NCBI RefSeq assembly: GCF_006345805.1
Contig: NC_043018.1
Span: forward strand, 6,820,001 to 6,884,000
Length of the DNA: 64,000 nt
Direction: 5' to 3'
Origin: Octopus sinensis
Lineage: Eukaryota
Position numbers and translations under genes: made by a program. Below, one piece after another: positions 1 to 12,471 of the stretch (the stretch's first letter is position 1; each line of letters opens with the position of its first letter). Under the pieces are notes generated by a model. That model was not told where the DNA came from. It saw only the letters and a program-made list of their open reading frames with translations, and ran no database searches.

Positions 1-118
1 ATTTACTTGTTTACATCTGATAAATATCGCTACGTAACTTATAGCTTTCCATAAATCAATGCTCGTTTTTTTTCCTTCCTATTTTATGAATAAATACATG
101 ACAGCGTTTCCAGTGTTT

Positions 119-158
119 TATTATTATTATATTATTATTATTATTATCATTATTATTA

Positions 159-197
<39 letters not shown>
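119..197. repeat. (TTA)n microsatellite
   Basis: Direct inspection. Confidence 0.95.
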
Positions 198-198
<1 letters not shown>

Positions 199-692
199 TT
201 GCCTTTGAGTAATTTTTTAGTATCTTCAAGATTCTGTAGAATAGTTATAAAGAAGAAATATAAACAAGTATTTTTCAAACTGTGTGTATTTGCGTGTGTA
301 ATAAAAATCAAAATTGTACAAAAAGAAATAACTCAGAGTAGCCTGTCGCATGAATTGCATAACAAAAGGGAACAAAGGTATCTTAAATACCATACAATTG
401 GATTTAGTACTTACATATCTACAGTATCCTACCAACATGTGATACCTTTATGGTTGTTTTACCTCACTGCAAAGCTTATATTATTCTACCTAGCCATTTC
501 TGACATCCTATGTGTTTATGTGCCTAGATTCTATTGAATCCCATTACTAATTGTTATATACATACATACATGCATATGTATGTATGTTGAATGTATGTGT
601 GTGGAACCTGGTGCAGTCCATGGCCTTCCCAGTTCCTATCAAGCTATCCAGTTAATGCCAGCATGGAAAAGGGACGTTAAATGATGATAATG

Positions 693-735
<43 letters not shown>

Positions 736-740
736 TTGTA

Positions 741-1114
741 TGGCACGTAAAAGCCACCAACCAATTGTGGCCATTGCCAGCCTCCTCTGGCATCTGTGCC
801 AGTGGCACGTAAAAAGCACCATCCGTACATGGTTGATGCCAGCGCCACCTTGACTGGTTTCCGTGCTGGTGGCACGTAAAAAGCACTCACCGATCGTGGC
901 CGTTGCCAGCCACCCCTGGCCCCTGTGCCGGTGGCACATAAAAAGCACCCACTACACTCACAGAGTGGTTGGCGTTAGGAAGGGCATCCAGCTGTAGAAA
1001 CACTGCCAGATCAGACTGGAGCCTGGTGCAGCCTCCTGGCTTCCCAGACCCCGGTCAAACTGTCCAACTCATGCTAGCATGGAAAACGGACGTTAAACGA
1101 TGATGATGATGATG

Positions 1115-1116
<2 letters not shown>
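741..1116 (+). mobile_element. 5'-truncated RTE LINE 3' UTR copy with four palindromic repeat units and (GAT)n tail
   Basis: Units GTGCC(A/G)GTGGCACGTAAAAAGCACC, then TGGTTGGCGTTAGGAAGGGCATCCAGC and a (GAT)n tail. The same sequence adjoins the RTE ORF stop at 14059-14340. Confidence 0.85.
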
Positions 1117-1141
<25 letters not shown>

Positions 1142-1145
<4 letters not shown>

Positions 1146-1290
1146 GGGATGCTGAAAAGTTTCTGGCTTTGGTTAGAAGAAAATACATGATGATCAATTA
1201 ATTATGATTCTATTCAACATGTTCCCCTCTCAGATTCACACACTTACTGCAGCAGCCCATCAGTTTTTCTAAGCTCTGTAAAAGAACGCG
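1142..1290. mobile_element. Partial Tc1/mariner-type MITE
   Basis: TIR GAGGGGATGCTGAAAAGTTTCTGGCTTT; homologous to the reverse complement of the complete copy at 22647-22867. Confidence 0.7.
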
Positions 1291-1830
1291 ATGCATTCAT
1301 TTCCAAGTAAGTTTATCTTCACCTTTTTGATGCAACTCTCTATTCTATACTATTTTCTTCCTCCATCCTTCTGTAATTCCCTTCTCCTCCCCCTCCTTCC
1401 TTCACCGCTTTCTATCAGTCTCTCTCTCTCTCTCTCTCTCTCTCATTGCATGCACATGACCATCGTCCATCTTTCTTTTCCTCTATGGACATTGAAAAGA
1501 ACGGCTGTGTTTTCCTCTCTCTCTTTCTATTTTTTCTCTTTTCAAAAAAATGTTTCTCCCAGCATTCACTATTTTCCTGTCATTCTGGTCTAACAACAGT
1601 CCATGTTTGTTTTCGTTGTATGTCTCCACTGTCATGTTTTTGTCCCCAAATTTGACCCTCCATAAATCCTAAATTTCATTTTAGAATTTATGGGAGCAAC
1701 TGTCATTAAAGACTCATATTGTCACTGAACGTTGACAACTGATAAAGGATCCTTTGTCTGTGTTTACTTTTCCTGTTTTCCATTTTTTCTCGCTGTTTAG
1801 TTTTTCATGTTATTTGTACCCAAATATGCA

Positions 1831-1910
<80 letters not shown>

Positions 1911-1930
1911 AATATATATATATATATATG

Positions 1931-2308
1931 ACCCATTGATCTTGAGGAAACCTATTGAGTCAAGTACATCAACATCAAAATAAAAATTCAAATGGAAATT
2001 GTAGTTAAGATACCTGTGCCGGTAACACGTAAAAAGAACCATCCGAACTTGGCAGATGCCAGCACCGCCTGACTGGCATCCGTGTCAGTGAAACTTAAAA
2101 GCACCAACCGATCGTGTGCAAGTGGAACGTAAAAAACACCCACTACACTCACGGAGTGGTTGGCGTTAGGAAGGGCATCCAGCTGTAGAAACACTGCCAA
2201 ATCAGACTAGAGCCTGGTGCAGCCTCCATGGCTTACCAGACCCCGGTCGAACCGTCTCGTCCAACCTATGCTAGCATGGCAAACGGACGTTAAATGATGA
2301 TGATGATA
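1931..2308 (+). mobile_element. RTE LINE 3' UTR copy
   Basis: Same UTR, repeat units and (GAT)n tail as 741-1116, extending further 5'. Confidence 0.85.
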
Positions 2309-2325
2309 TATATTACACACACATA

Positions 2326-2491
2326 TACGACAAGCTTCTTTCAGGTTCTATCTAGTATATTCACTCACAGGGCTTTGATCAGCACAAGACTATAGTAGAA
2401 GATTCTTGCCCAAGTTGCCACACAGGGGGACTGAAATTGGAACCATGTGGTTGAGAAGCAAGCTTCTTACCACACAGCCATGCTTGCGCCT
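2326..2491 (-). mobile_element. tRNA-derived CORE-type SINE, head only
   Basis: Reverse complement of GCATGGCTGTGTGGTAAGAAGCTTGC...GGCAAG; matches full copies at 23097 and 29447. Confidence 0.8.
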
Positions 2492-2620
2492 ATATATGTA
2501 ACATAAATATACATAATATATATATGTAATATTCTTATATTTCTACATATAATGTTCTCAGTGTGTGTGGATATGTGTATATGAGTGTGTAATATTAATA
2601 TAATCAGGCAATATACATGA

Positions 2621-2659
<39 letters not shown>

Positions 2660-3126
2660 TATGTATAAGTGCGTTCATATTTGCATGTGTGTATGTGTAA
2701 ATGTGTGTGTGAGAGCATGGATATGGGTATCTGCATGCATGCATCTATGCATGTATGTGTATGTCTCTGTGTGTATGTGTGTGAGTGAGAGAGAGAGAGA
2801 GAGAGTAAGAAAGAGTGAGACAGACAGACAGACAGACAGAAAGAGAAGGCTTATCTTCAGTCAGAAAATATTGGTTCTTTCTGTGAATGTTGTATTTATG
2901 ATTAAATTAAGGAAATCAGTTTCCATAGAGATCCAAGACATCCTGTTTTTGAAGCAGGCATTTTCTCTTCTGTGTGGTCTTGTAATCTCCTTTATCTGGG
3001 GAAGCAAACCTTCCATTGCTGATTCTTATCCATATTCTGCTTTTACATTTTTACGCAGTAAGTTAATAATTCACCCAAAAGGGAACCTTATTAACCCAAC
3101 AAAGATAAACAACGAAAATAGAAATG

Positions 3127-4090
3127 CACAAGGTACATTCCAGAAGTTTGCAGACTTTTTTCTTCAGAGACATTAATTTCAAACAAGAACAAAAGCTATT
3201 TTCTTTCAAAGTAAGGTCTTTTGATTCCAATGCATTTGTTGCAGTGCCCCCGGCTACTTCTTGAAGACCCCATGGAAGTCCTCCAAACTGAAGGTATCTA
3301 GGTCCCTCAGGTGGTGAGCTAGCAGAAATGTTAGCACGCCAGGCGAAATGCTTCACGGTATTTCATCTGCCGCTACGTTCTGAGTTCAAATTCCGCCGAG
3401 GTCGACTTTACCTTTCATCCTTTCGGAGTCGATAAATTAAGTACCAGTTACGCACTGGGGTCGATATAATTGACTTAATCCATTTGTCTGTCCTTGTTTG
3501 TCCTCTCTGTGTTTAGCCCCTTGTGGGTAATAAAGAAATAGGTATTTCGTCTGCTGCTACGTTCTGAGTTCAAATTCCGCCGAGGTCGATTTTGCCTTTC
3601 ATCCTTTCGGAGTCGATAAATTAAGTACCAGTTACGCACTGGGGTCGATATAATTGACTTAATCCGTTTGTCTGTCCTTGTTTGTCCTCTCTGTGTTTAG
3701 CCCCTTGTGGATAATAAAGAAATAGGTATTTCGTCTGCCGTTACGTTCTGAGTTCAAATTCCGCCGAGGTCGACTTTACCTTTCATCCTTTCGGAGTCGA
3801 TAAATTAAGTACCAGTTACGCACTGGGGTCGATGTAATCGACTTAATCCGTTTGTCTGTCCTTGTTTGTCTCCTCTGTGTTTAGCCCCTTGTGGGTAGTA
3901 AAGAAATAGGTATCTAGGACCCTTATATCACAGCCTCCTTCATCTTCAAAACGACTTCCCCAGAAGTTCTCCTTTGGCTTCGGGAACAACCAAAAGTCCC
4001 CGGGAACAAGGTCTAGACTGTAGGAAGGGTGAGGAATAATTTTGATGATCATCTCTGTCAAGTATTGATTGCTAAAATGTTGTCACTAGA
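3127..4090 (-). mobile_element. Mariner transposon remnant (TIR plus C-terminal transposase), interrupted by a SINE trimer
   Basis: Minus-strand YLTEMIIKIIPHPSYSLDLVPGDFWLFPKPK, a decayed HPPYSPDLAPxDFWLF motif; homologous to 4869-5977. Confidence 0.85.
3311..3908 (+). mobile_element. Head-to-tail trimer of a tRNA-derived SINE with a Meta-like central domain
   Basis: Three ~183-bp units at about 3357, 3541 and 3724 with B-box GTTCAAATTCC. Only the first has the 5' head. Flanked by AGGTATCTAGG(T/A)CCCT on both sides. Confidence 0.9.
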
Positions 4091-4326
4091 ACTCGAGCTC
4101 AAATCTTCTGTTAATATGTTAGATGTTTTACTATTCAACTAGAGAAAGTCTTTGAGATTCTCTTTTCACTTGAGAGGCTTCATTCTTACCACTGAGAATT
4201 TTCTGTTGTTGACAAGATAAGAATTTAAAAACCTTAGACGTGAAATAATTCGTTTTTAATGTGGAACTCTAAGTAGATAAAGCTATAAATAATAGCATGG
4301 AAATATTAGTTTAAAAAGACTTTAAT

Positions 4327-4667
4327 CAGGGTTTTTCAACCATTTTTTACCTATGGACCTGTTTGATTGCCATTTTATTTTGATGGAAACTTCAGCCATT
4401 CATCGTTTAAAAATTAGTTTTACAGAATCTTCTTTCAAAATTCCTGTTTTGTTTTTAACACTTGTGAAGCTTGAACTATGTAAAATGTTAGAGAAAGAAA
4501 CCAAGCTGTTTCTTGCGATACACACCAATACATAAATCTAAGGTAAAATTTTTTCAGTGGTCCTTAAAGTACTATTGTGGACCTCCAACTTCCTATTTTG
4601 TTGTGTGGACCCTGAAAAATCTTATATGGACCCTCAGGGATCATTGGACACCGGTTGAGAACCACTG
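4327..4667. mobile_element. hAT-like MITE
   Basis: Imperfect TIRs CAGGGTTTTTCAACC ... GGTTGAGAACCACTG with AT-rich flanks. Confidence 0.65.
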
Positions 4668-4868
4668 GTTTAAACAGAAATAGTCAAAGACTGTCTGATC
4701 CCATGATTGTTAAAAAAGGTAATTTTGGATTATACTTGTCTTAAACCCTTAGACACATTCACTGTTTTGTAAACTTGGCACCAAGAATGCAGAAGATGGG
4801 GAAGTCCGAGGCAATTAAATGCTCAATTGGTGTGAAAAGCATAGAGTGGGAACATTGTTTCCGAAGAA

Positions 4869-5977
4869 TACAAGGTTCATTCTAGAAGTTTGCAGACTTT
4901 TCCAGGTGAGACATATATCAATTTCAAAGAAGATCAAAGCTCTAATTTCCTTCAAAGTAGGATCCTCTGGCTTCAATGCACTTGCGGTAGTGTTCCATTC
5001 CAGCCACTTCGTGAAAGTCCTCCAAAGTGAAGGCGTCCAGGACCCTTATCACAGCCTCCTCTGTCTTCAAAACGACTGCCCAAGAGGTTCTCCCTCAGTT
5101 TGGTAAACAACCAAAAGTCATAGAGAACAAGGTCTGGACTGTAGGGAGGGTGAGGAACAGTTTTTATGCCTACCTCTGTCAAGTAGTTGGTTACCAGAAT
5201 ACTCGTGACTGAGTACCCTGCGAACAAACTTTGCACAAATTTTGTCCATGCTCAGATCTTTATAAATGATTGTGTACGGTTTCCACACACCAACTCCAAA
5301 CTATGTTTATTGCCTTTATAGACATACAAAATTCTTTATCTGGAAAACTGCAAATTTTCCCAACCAGCTTTGATGTTCTGACTCTCCTTTTGTTCGCATA
5401 CCTCTCGTTTGTCTTTCACTTCCATTCTTATTTCTTTATTGCCCACAAGGAGCTAAACATAGAGGGGACAAACAAAGACAGACAAAGGGATTAAGTGAAT
5501 AACTGGTACTTAATTTATCGACCCTGAAAGGATGAACAGCAAAGTCAACCTCAGCGGAATTTGAACTCAGAACGTAATGGCAGACGACATACCACTAAGC
5601 ATTTTGTCCAATGTGCTAACGATTCTGCCTGCTTGCCACCATCATTCTACTATCCACAAACCTCTTCTACCAGCAAAAAAGTGAAGCTATAAGCATTCTG
5701 GATCATTTCGTATGTTTCCAAAACATTTTTGCTCAGTTTAACATAAAATTTTATTGCATAGGAAACTTCCAAACACCTCAATTGCATTCTACAAACTAAT
5801 CTGCCATGACGAGCAGTGTTTAGTAAGGTGTGTGCTGTTACAGCCTTCTCCTTCAATCAAAAATGTAAAATATGTTGGCAGGTCAGCTGTATAGTAATGA
5901 TATGCTAAAATTACAACAATCTATGACAGTTATAGCTGCCTCTCTTCAAAAAGCCTCCAAACTTATGGAATGGTTAC
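4869..5977 (-). mobile_element. Internally deleted mariner element with both degenerate TIRs, interrupted by a SINE at 5427-5640
   Basis: N-terminal YAIKFYVKLSKNVLETYEMIQNAY (about 5690-5770) and C-terminal TVPHPPYSPDLVLYDFWLF (about 5110-5170). TIR-like ends TACAAGGTTCATTCTAGAAGTTTGCAGACTTTT and AAAAGCCTCCAAACTTATGGAATG. Confidence 0.85.
5427..5640 (-). mobile_element. Meta-like SINE
   Basis: Reverse complement of the 3311 unit. Confidence 0.85.
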
Positions 5978-6231
5978 TGCTCTGGGAGTATAATTCTCAA
6001 AAAGCAAAACTGTTATGACATGCATGTACACGTCAGGTGTAAGAATAGTATTATTATTGCTGAATCTCCCCTAAAACTACATTAAGAGTACATGTGTCTG
6101 TGGGGTACATAGTCACTTGTTAATTTCACAAGCTGGCTGTTCCGTTGATCGGATCAACTGGAACCCTCATTGTCATAACCGATGCAGTGCCACGTTTTAG
6201 CAGGTGCAATTGTTTGATTATATGTATGGAA

Positions 6232-6460
6232 GTGGCGAGCTAGCAGAATCGTTAGCATGTCGGGCGAAATGCTTAGCGATATTTCGGCTGCCGTTACGTT
6301 CTGACTTCAAATTCCGCCGAGGTCGACTTTGCCTTTCATCATTTCGGGGTTGATAAATTAAGTACCAGTTACGCACTAAGGTCGATGTAATCGACTTAAT
6401 CTGTTTGTCTGTCCTTGTTTGTCTCCTCTGTGTTTAGCACCCTGTGGCCAATAAAGAAAT
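6232..6460 (+). mobile_element. Meta-like SINE, full length
   Basis: GGCGAGCTAGCAGAATCGTTAGC head, B-box, central domain and AAAGAAATA end. Confidence 0.85.
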
Positions 6461-6474
6461 ATATATGTATGGAA

Positions 6475-7050
6475 GTGAAGGCATGTGGCTTAGTGGTTAG
6501 AGCACTTGGCTTACGACTGTAAGGTCGTAAGTTCAATTCCCAGTGACACATTGTGTCCTTGAGCAAGACACTTTGTATTCACATTGCTCTAGTCCACTCA
6601 GCTGACAAAAATGAGTAGCACCTGTAATTTGAAAGAGCCAGCCTTGTCACAGTTAGTGCCACCTTTAATCTCCCTGAGATCTACATTAAGGGTACATGTG
6701 TCTGTGGAGTGCTCAGCCACTTGCATGTTAATTTCTATTTCTTTACTACCCACAAGGGGCTAAACAGAGGGGACAAACAAGGACAGAGAAATGGATTAAG
6801 TTGATTACAACGACCCCAGTGCGTAACTGGTACTTAATTTATCGACTCCGAAAGGATGAAAGGCAAAGTCGACCATGGCGGAATTTGAACTCAGAACATA
6901 ACGGCAGACAAAATACGGCTACGCATTTCGCTCGGCGTGCTAACATTTCCGCCAGCTCGCTGCCTTTAATGTTAATTTCACAAGCAGGCTGTCCCAACGA
7001 TCATATCAACTGGAACCCTCAACATCATTAATGACAGGGTGCTGGTTATA
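6475..7050 (+). mobile_element. Second CORE-type SINE family, split by a reverse Meta-like SINE (6737-6966)
   Basis: tRNA head, GTCCTTGAGCAAGACACTT, and tail resuming after the insertion. TGTTAATTTC is duplicated at about 6727 and 6971. Related copies at 6050-6190 and 49800-50060. Confidence 0.75.
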
Positions 7051-7262
7051 TCCCTAGAAGATACAAAAGCATATGACCAAATGGCTTTGCTTTGAAGCTT
7101 TCTAATTGGCAGAAACATTATTTTTAGCCATAAGTAGCTATCTACTTCTGGGTCTTCCAAGGGCAGAATCAAATGAAGTTGTGCTCTCTGAAATGTACTG
7201 GTGGGTTAGGGTTAGCACTTAACTAGGCCCTTCTGACACACATGAAAATTATGAATAGGACT

Positions 7263-7491
7263 TTAACCCTTTTGTTACCGTATTTCTGTTGAGATGCTCC
7301 GTGTTTTCTTTCAATTACTTTAAATATAAGAAACAATTTGCTAAAATAACTTAGTTATCATTCAGCTAGTGTTAGGAACATAAATTGCGACTACGGTTTG
7401 GTGGAAGATTTTAATTGAAAACTTATGAAAACAAGACATTTGTATTCAGAAACAGAGCCAGTTTCAGCCGAGTTGGTAACGAAAGGGTTAA
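7263..7491. mobile_element. piggyBac-like MITE (TTAA-flanked)
   Basis: TTAACCCTTTTGTTACC ... GGTAACGAAAGGGTTAA. A second MITE starts at the same right-hand TTAA (7488 to about 7705). Confidence 0.8.
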
Positions 7492-7874
7492 CCCTTTACC
7501 ATTCAGAATTACGCTGTCAAAGTAATTCTTATTTATTCACATTGCTTCCTATAAATCATGTATTATCTTGTATCTTTGAAATTTCAATGATGTTTAGTTA
7601 CAGGATGACATTGTGGGCTAGGTGTAAGAGGAAAGATCTGGCCAGTTTGAACGTGAAACAGGTAGCACATTTCGGCTGGATGTGGCCAGTTTCTGTACTA
7701 AAGTTTCAACACTAGGCCTTCCTGTTACACATGGAATTAGAGGAGATCTTAAAGCATGGAATTATGAACAGCATCTGAAATCATATGGAACTTTAAGGAA
7801 GACAGGAAAATATATATATATATAGTGACTGATGTCCTAGTGAAACTTCAAGAAAGAACCTCGTTTGATACAAA

Positions 7875-8251
7875 TCTCTCTATATATAAAGCTGAAGTTG
7901 TCTGTGTATGGCAGGTTTGGTAGCCTTCAACTATCATTATCTCCTCCGAAACCCTACAGTGCGAGTTGACCAAAATTGAGAGTATGATAGAAGAAGGCTT
8001 GCTCTTCCTTCTGTAGAAGAAATAATTCAAATCGGACCATGTTAACACCAAAACTTATTTACATTTCTATGAAAATCCCTATTTTTAATGATTTTTTTTA
8101 CTGCTCTGTCGCCATATTTTGGTGTATTTCAACCAGAAAAATGTTCACTTAAAGAGAATAACAAGCTACATAATGCAAAATTTTTACTTTTCAAAAATTC
8201 CAATTCTAAAGGGTTGAAACAAACCCAAGCAACGCCAGGTGATGCTGCTAG
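7875..8251 (+). mobile_element. Non-autonomous Helitron
   Basis: 5' TC, subterminal hairpin CGCCAGGTG and 3' CTAG, inserted between A and T; homologous to 32511-32904. Confidence 0.8.
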
Positions 8252-8489
8252 TAAAATTATGAATAGAAACTGATGTCATAACGGAACTTCAAGTTCAACC
8301 CTCCTGATATGCATAAAATTATAAATAACTGCTGATGTCATAAGCTGTATTAGAAGCTGGCAGCATGAGCTGTCATTCAAAACTTTTGGCTCTTATCTAA
8401 TTTAACTTACAAGCACTAACAAGGAACAGTTAATTAGAATGGTCTGGCCATGCAAAACCCTTAGGTATGGATTGACAATGATCACTCAC

Positions 8490-8606
8490 AACACACACAC
8501 ACACACACACACACACATTAGATTATATATATTTATTGCATACCTACATACAAAAATGCATGCAACCATACATATATGTATACATACATTAATGGATATA
8601 TATATG

Positions 8607-8639
<33 letters not shown>

Positions 8640-8646
8640 TATTATG

Positions 8647-8696
<50 letters not shown>

Positions 8697-8955
8697 TATA
8701 TATATGCATGTATATAGATACATATGTCATATGCACATAGATACATAGACACATACATACACACACATATATACAATAATTAGACTGTACATACTATTAG
8801 AGAACACTGTATTGAACAATTACATTTTTATATTTGTGTTTTGTATGATAAAAATAAACAAAAACAATATATGTGTGTGTGAGTGTGTGTCTGTGCAAGT
8901 ATGTAAGCATGGATGTATGCATACACGTATCTATGCATATATATATATAATATAT

Positions 8956-8986
<31 letters not shown>

Positions 8987-9071
8987 TATTATATACACTA
9001 TATATACATATATATAGTAGGTACTGTAAATTTAGGGTGAATACTTTGTGTTCTGTTTTTAATTTTATTTA

Positions 9072-9170
<99 letters not shown>

Positions 9171-9496
9171 TGCATGTCTGTGCCTATATATATATATATA
9201 TATATAATGTATATTGTATACATATATGTATAATATACATGGATATATTCATGTATATATATATTATATATATATACATATATATATACACACGTACATC
9301 TCTCATTTTCTGTTTCTATCTCAATCTTTCTCTGTCTGTGTGTATATACATGCACACATACACACACACACACACACATATATATAGAGAGAGAGGGAGA
9401 CGGAAAAGAGAGAGAAAGGAGAGAATGATTTATATATATATGCACACCTATATACATATACATACATATACGCATACACACATATATAGTTATATA

Positions 9497-9562
<66 letters not shown>

Positions 9563-9630
9563 GGCACACACATATAGACATATAGAGCCAGAACAGAGAG
9601 AGAGAAACACACACATACACACACACATAT
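8490..9630. repeat. Compound (CA)n/(TA)n microsatellite fields
   Basis: Direct inspection; the Y/I/H/T and C/V ORFs here are repeat translations. Confidence 0.9.
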
Positions 9631-9940
9631 CCACTCACCTCACTAATGTAACATTTTCTGTTTTTCACCCCAATAAACCTCTTCAAACTGTACAATAACA
9701 TTCAATATTCAATAAAGGTAGGGAGTAGGTGGGGGTGGAAGCAGTATGGTTGGGTGGATCAGAGTGTAAGGGAAGAGTTGTAGGTTCAAAGACAGGCAAA
9801 GGCGAAGGGCAATGATGTTTGTCGTTTTTTTTTTATTTGTTTTTGGCTCTTTTTTTTTATAATTTTGTTTTCTTTTGTAACTTTAATGTTTTGTTTATTT
9901 TTGATTTTCTTTTTGATTTTTGATGATGGAAAACAAAAGT

Positions 9941-9972
<32 letters not shown>

Positions 9973-10029
9973 GTTTATTTTATTTATATTTTTTAAACAA
10001 TTGAAGCAATCGAAACACTGAACACATTT

Positions 10030-11690
10030 CAACAACAACAAGATCAACTACAACAACAACAGTAACAACAACAATGGCTTTAGCAGCAACAATGATTACT
10101 ACTACTACTACTACTACTACTACTATTACCACTACCACCACCACCACCACCACACCACCACCACCACCACCACCACCACTACTACTATTACTACTACCAC
10201 TACTACTACTACATCAGAAGCAACGTTTCCATGATTTATAAACGCCTCCATCAACACCACCATTATCACCACCACCACAATCATCATTAATACACCAAAA
10301 AATAAAAATAAACAGATAAATAGTATCACCACCACCACTACCACTGTCACACCACCACCACCACCACTACCACTGTCACACCACCACCACCACCACTACC
10401 ACTGTCACACCACCACCACCACCACTACCACCACCACTACCACTGTCACACCACCACCACCACCACCACCAACGTCACCGACACCCCCTTGACGATTACC
10501 ACCAATATCAGCATTATCAATAGAGCTTTCATCACCACCACCACCACCATCAACAACACTTCCACTACCCCGACTATAACCACCACAACCACCAACACCA
10601 CAGCTACCAACATCACCACCACCACTACCACCACAGACACTAACACCACTACTACCATCATCGACATTAACACCATCATCAATACCACCGCTGCTACCAC
10701 TGACTACAACCACTACCACTGTCACCAACACAACCATCACTGCCACTACCACTGCCACCATTATCACCACCATTACCAATAACCATCACTGTTACCACAT
10801 CTACCACCACAACCACCAGCACCACAACTACCAACATCACCACCACCACCACTACCACCATCATCAATACCACCACCGCTACCACCGACTACAACCACTA
10901 CCACTGTCACCAACACAACCATCACTGCCACTACCACTAACACCATTATCACCACCATTACCAATAACCATCACTGTTACCACATCTACCACCACAACTA
11001 CCAGCACCACAACTACCAACATCACCACCACCACCACTACCACCATCATCAATACCACCACCGCTACCACCGACTACAACCACTACCACTGTCACCAACA
11101 CAACCATCACTGCCACTACCACTAACACCATTATCACCACCATTACCGATAACCATCACTGCTACCACATCTACCACCACAACCACCAGCACCACAGCTA
11201 CCAACATCATCACCACCACCACCACCACCACTGCCACCACAAACACTAACACCACTACCAGCATCATCAATACCACCGCTGCTACCACCGACTACAACCA
11301 CTACCACTGTCACCAACACAACCATCACTGCCACTACCACTACCACCATTACCGATAACCATCACTGCTACCACATCTAACACCACAACCACCAGCACCA
11401 CAGCTACCAACATCATCACCACCACCACTACCACCACAGACACTAACACCACTACCAGCATCATCAATACTACCGCTGCTACCACCGACTACAACCACTA
11501 CCACTGTCACCAACACAACCATCACTGCCACTACCACTACCACCATTACCGATAACCATCACTGCTGCCACATCTACCACCACAACCAGTAGCATCATCA
11601 ATATTAACGACATCAACACTATCATCACCTCCACTACCATCAACACCCACACTATTACCACCACTACTACCACCACTACTTATTTTAAAT
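10030..11690. repeat. ACC/ACT-rich low-complexity tract containing a five-unit minisatellite (about 10690-11600)
   Basis: Anchor GACTACAACC at 10702, 10887, 11072, 11290 and 11487 (periods 185, 185, 218, 197). Confidence 0.9.
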
Positions 11691-11885
11691 CAATAACAAT
11701 CATTATTTTCTCAATGTAAGTTTTCTTTGTTAACGAAATGAAGCAACTCACCCAAAATAACTGAAAGCTCTCTCACACAAACACACACATCCTTCACATA
11801 CATATACATGCTCATACAAGCATATATACATATATACATATATATATATACACATATAGACACACACAAACATATATATATATAA

Positions 11886-11924
<39 letters not shown>

Positions 11925-11969
11925 TAGATATATCTGTATGTATGTATAACTGAATGTATACACATACAT

Positions 11970-12133
11970 AGGTGCAGGCATGGCTGTGTGGTAAGATGCC
12001 TGCTTGCCAACCATATAGCTCCAGGTTCAGTCCCACTGTGTGATACCTTGGGCAAGTGTCTTCTACTATAGCCTCAGGCCAACCAAAGCCTTGCCAGTGT
12101 ATTTGGTAGACAGAAAATGAAAGCAACCCATAC

Positions 12134-12135
<2 letters not shown>
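11970..12135 (+). mobile_element. CORE-type SINE head
   Basis: GGTGCAGGCATGGCTGTGTGG...ACCTTGGGCAAGTGTCTT. Confidence 0.85.
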
Positions 12136-12186
<51 letters not shown>

Positions 12187-12471
12187 CAAAGTAAGATAGG
12201 GGTTATGGGTGTAACCCACAATGGGATATCATTTATCCAATATACTGTTGGTAAAGTACCCAAATTCTTAATTCATAAATGTTTTTAATTGCAAAAAATG
12301 TTTCTTTTTAATATATAAGTATAATATTTTTTAAATGCCTACAACAATAGATGTTGACATCTATAGGCAATGAAAATTAAGTTTACTTTTGACCATAGGC
12401 TGAAACAGCTGTAAGAAGTAATCTTTAGGATTTCATTAATTTATCCTATGACTATTAATTTATACTATGAA

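Noticed and set aside
741-960. CRISPR array
   Set aside because: Eukaryotic context, no cas genes, spacers are related to one another, and the array is contiguous with an RTE ORF elsewhere in the window.
2929-3057. Plus-strand exon candidate (TTTCCATAG ... GCA|GTAAGT, open in one frame)
   Set aside because: No recognisable protein, opposite strand to the supported exon, and no partner exons; splice-like pairs arise by chance.
7050-7190. Minus-strand open frame RAQLHLILPLEDPEVDSYLW after a CAG acceptor
   Set aside because: No good donor site and no recognisable homology.
7202-7216. Telomere-like GGGTTAGGGTTAG
   Set aside because: Only two units; expected by chance.
10405-11676. Mucin-like Thr-rich or Val/Gly-rich ORFs
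   Set aside because: Frame shifts in every repeat unit, frequent stops and no splice signals.
12330-12420. Hammerhead half-site GAAACAGCTGTA
   Set aside because: No CUGANGA or stem II upstream; at best a decayed PLE remnant.
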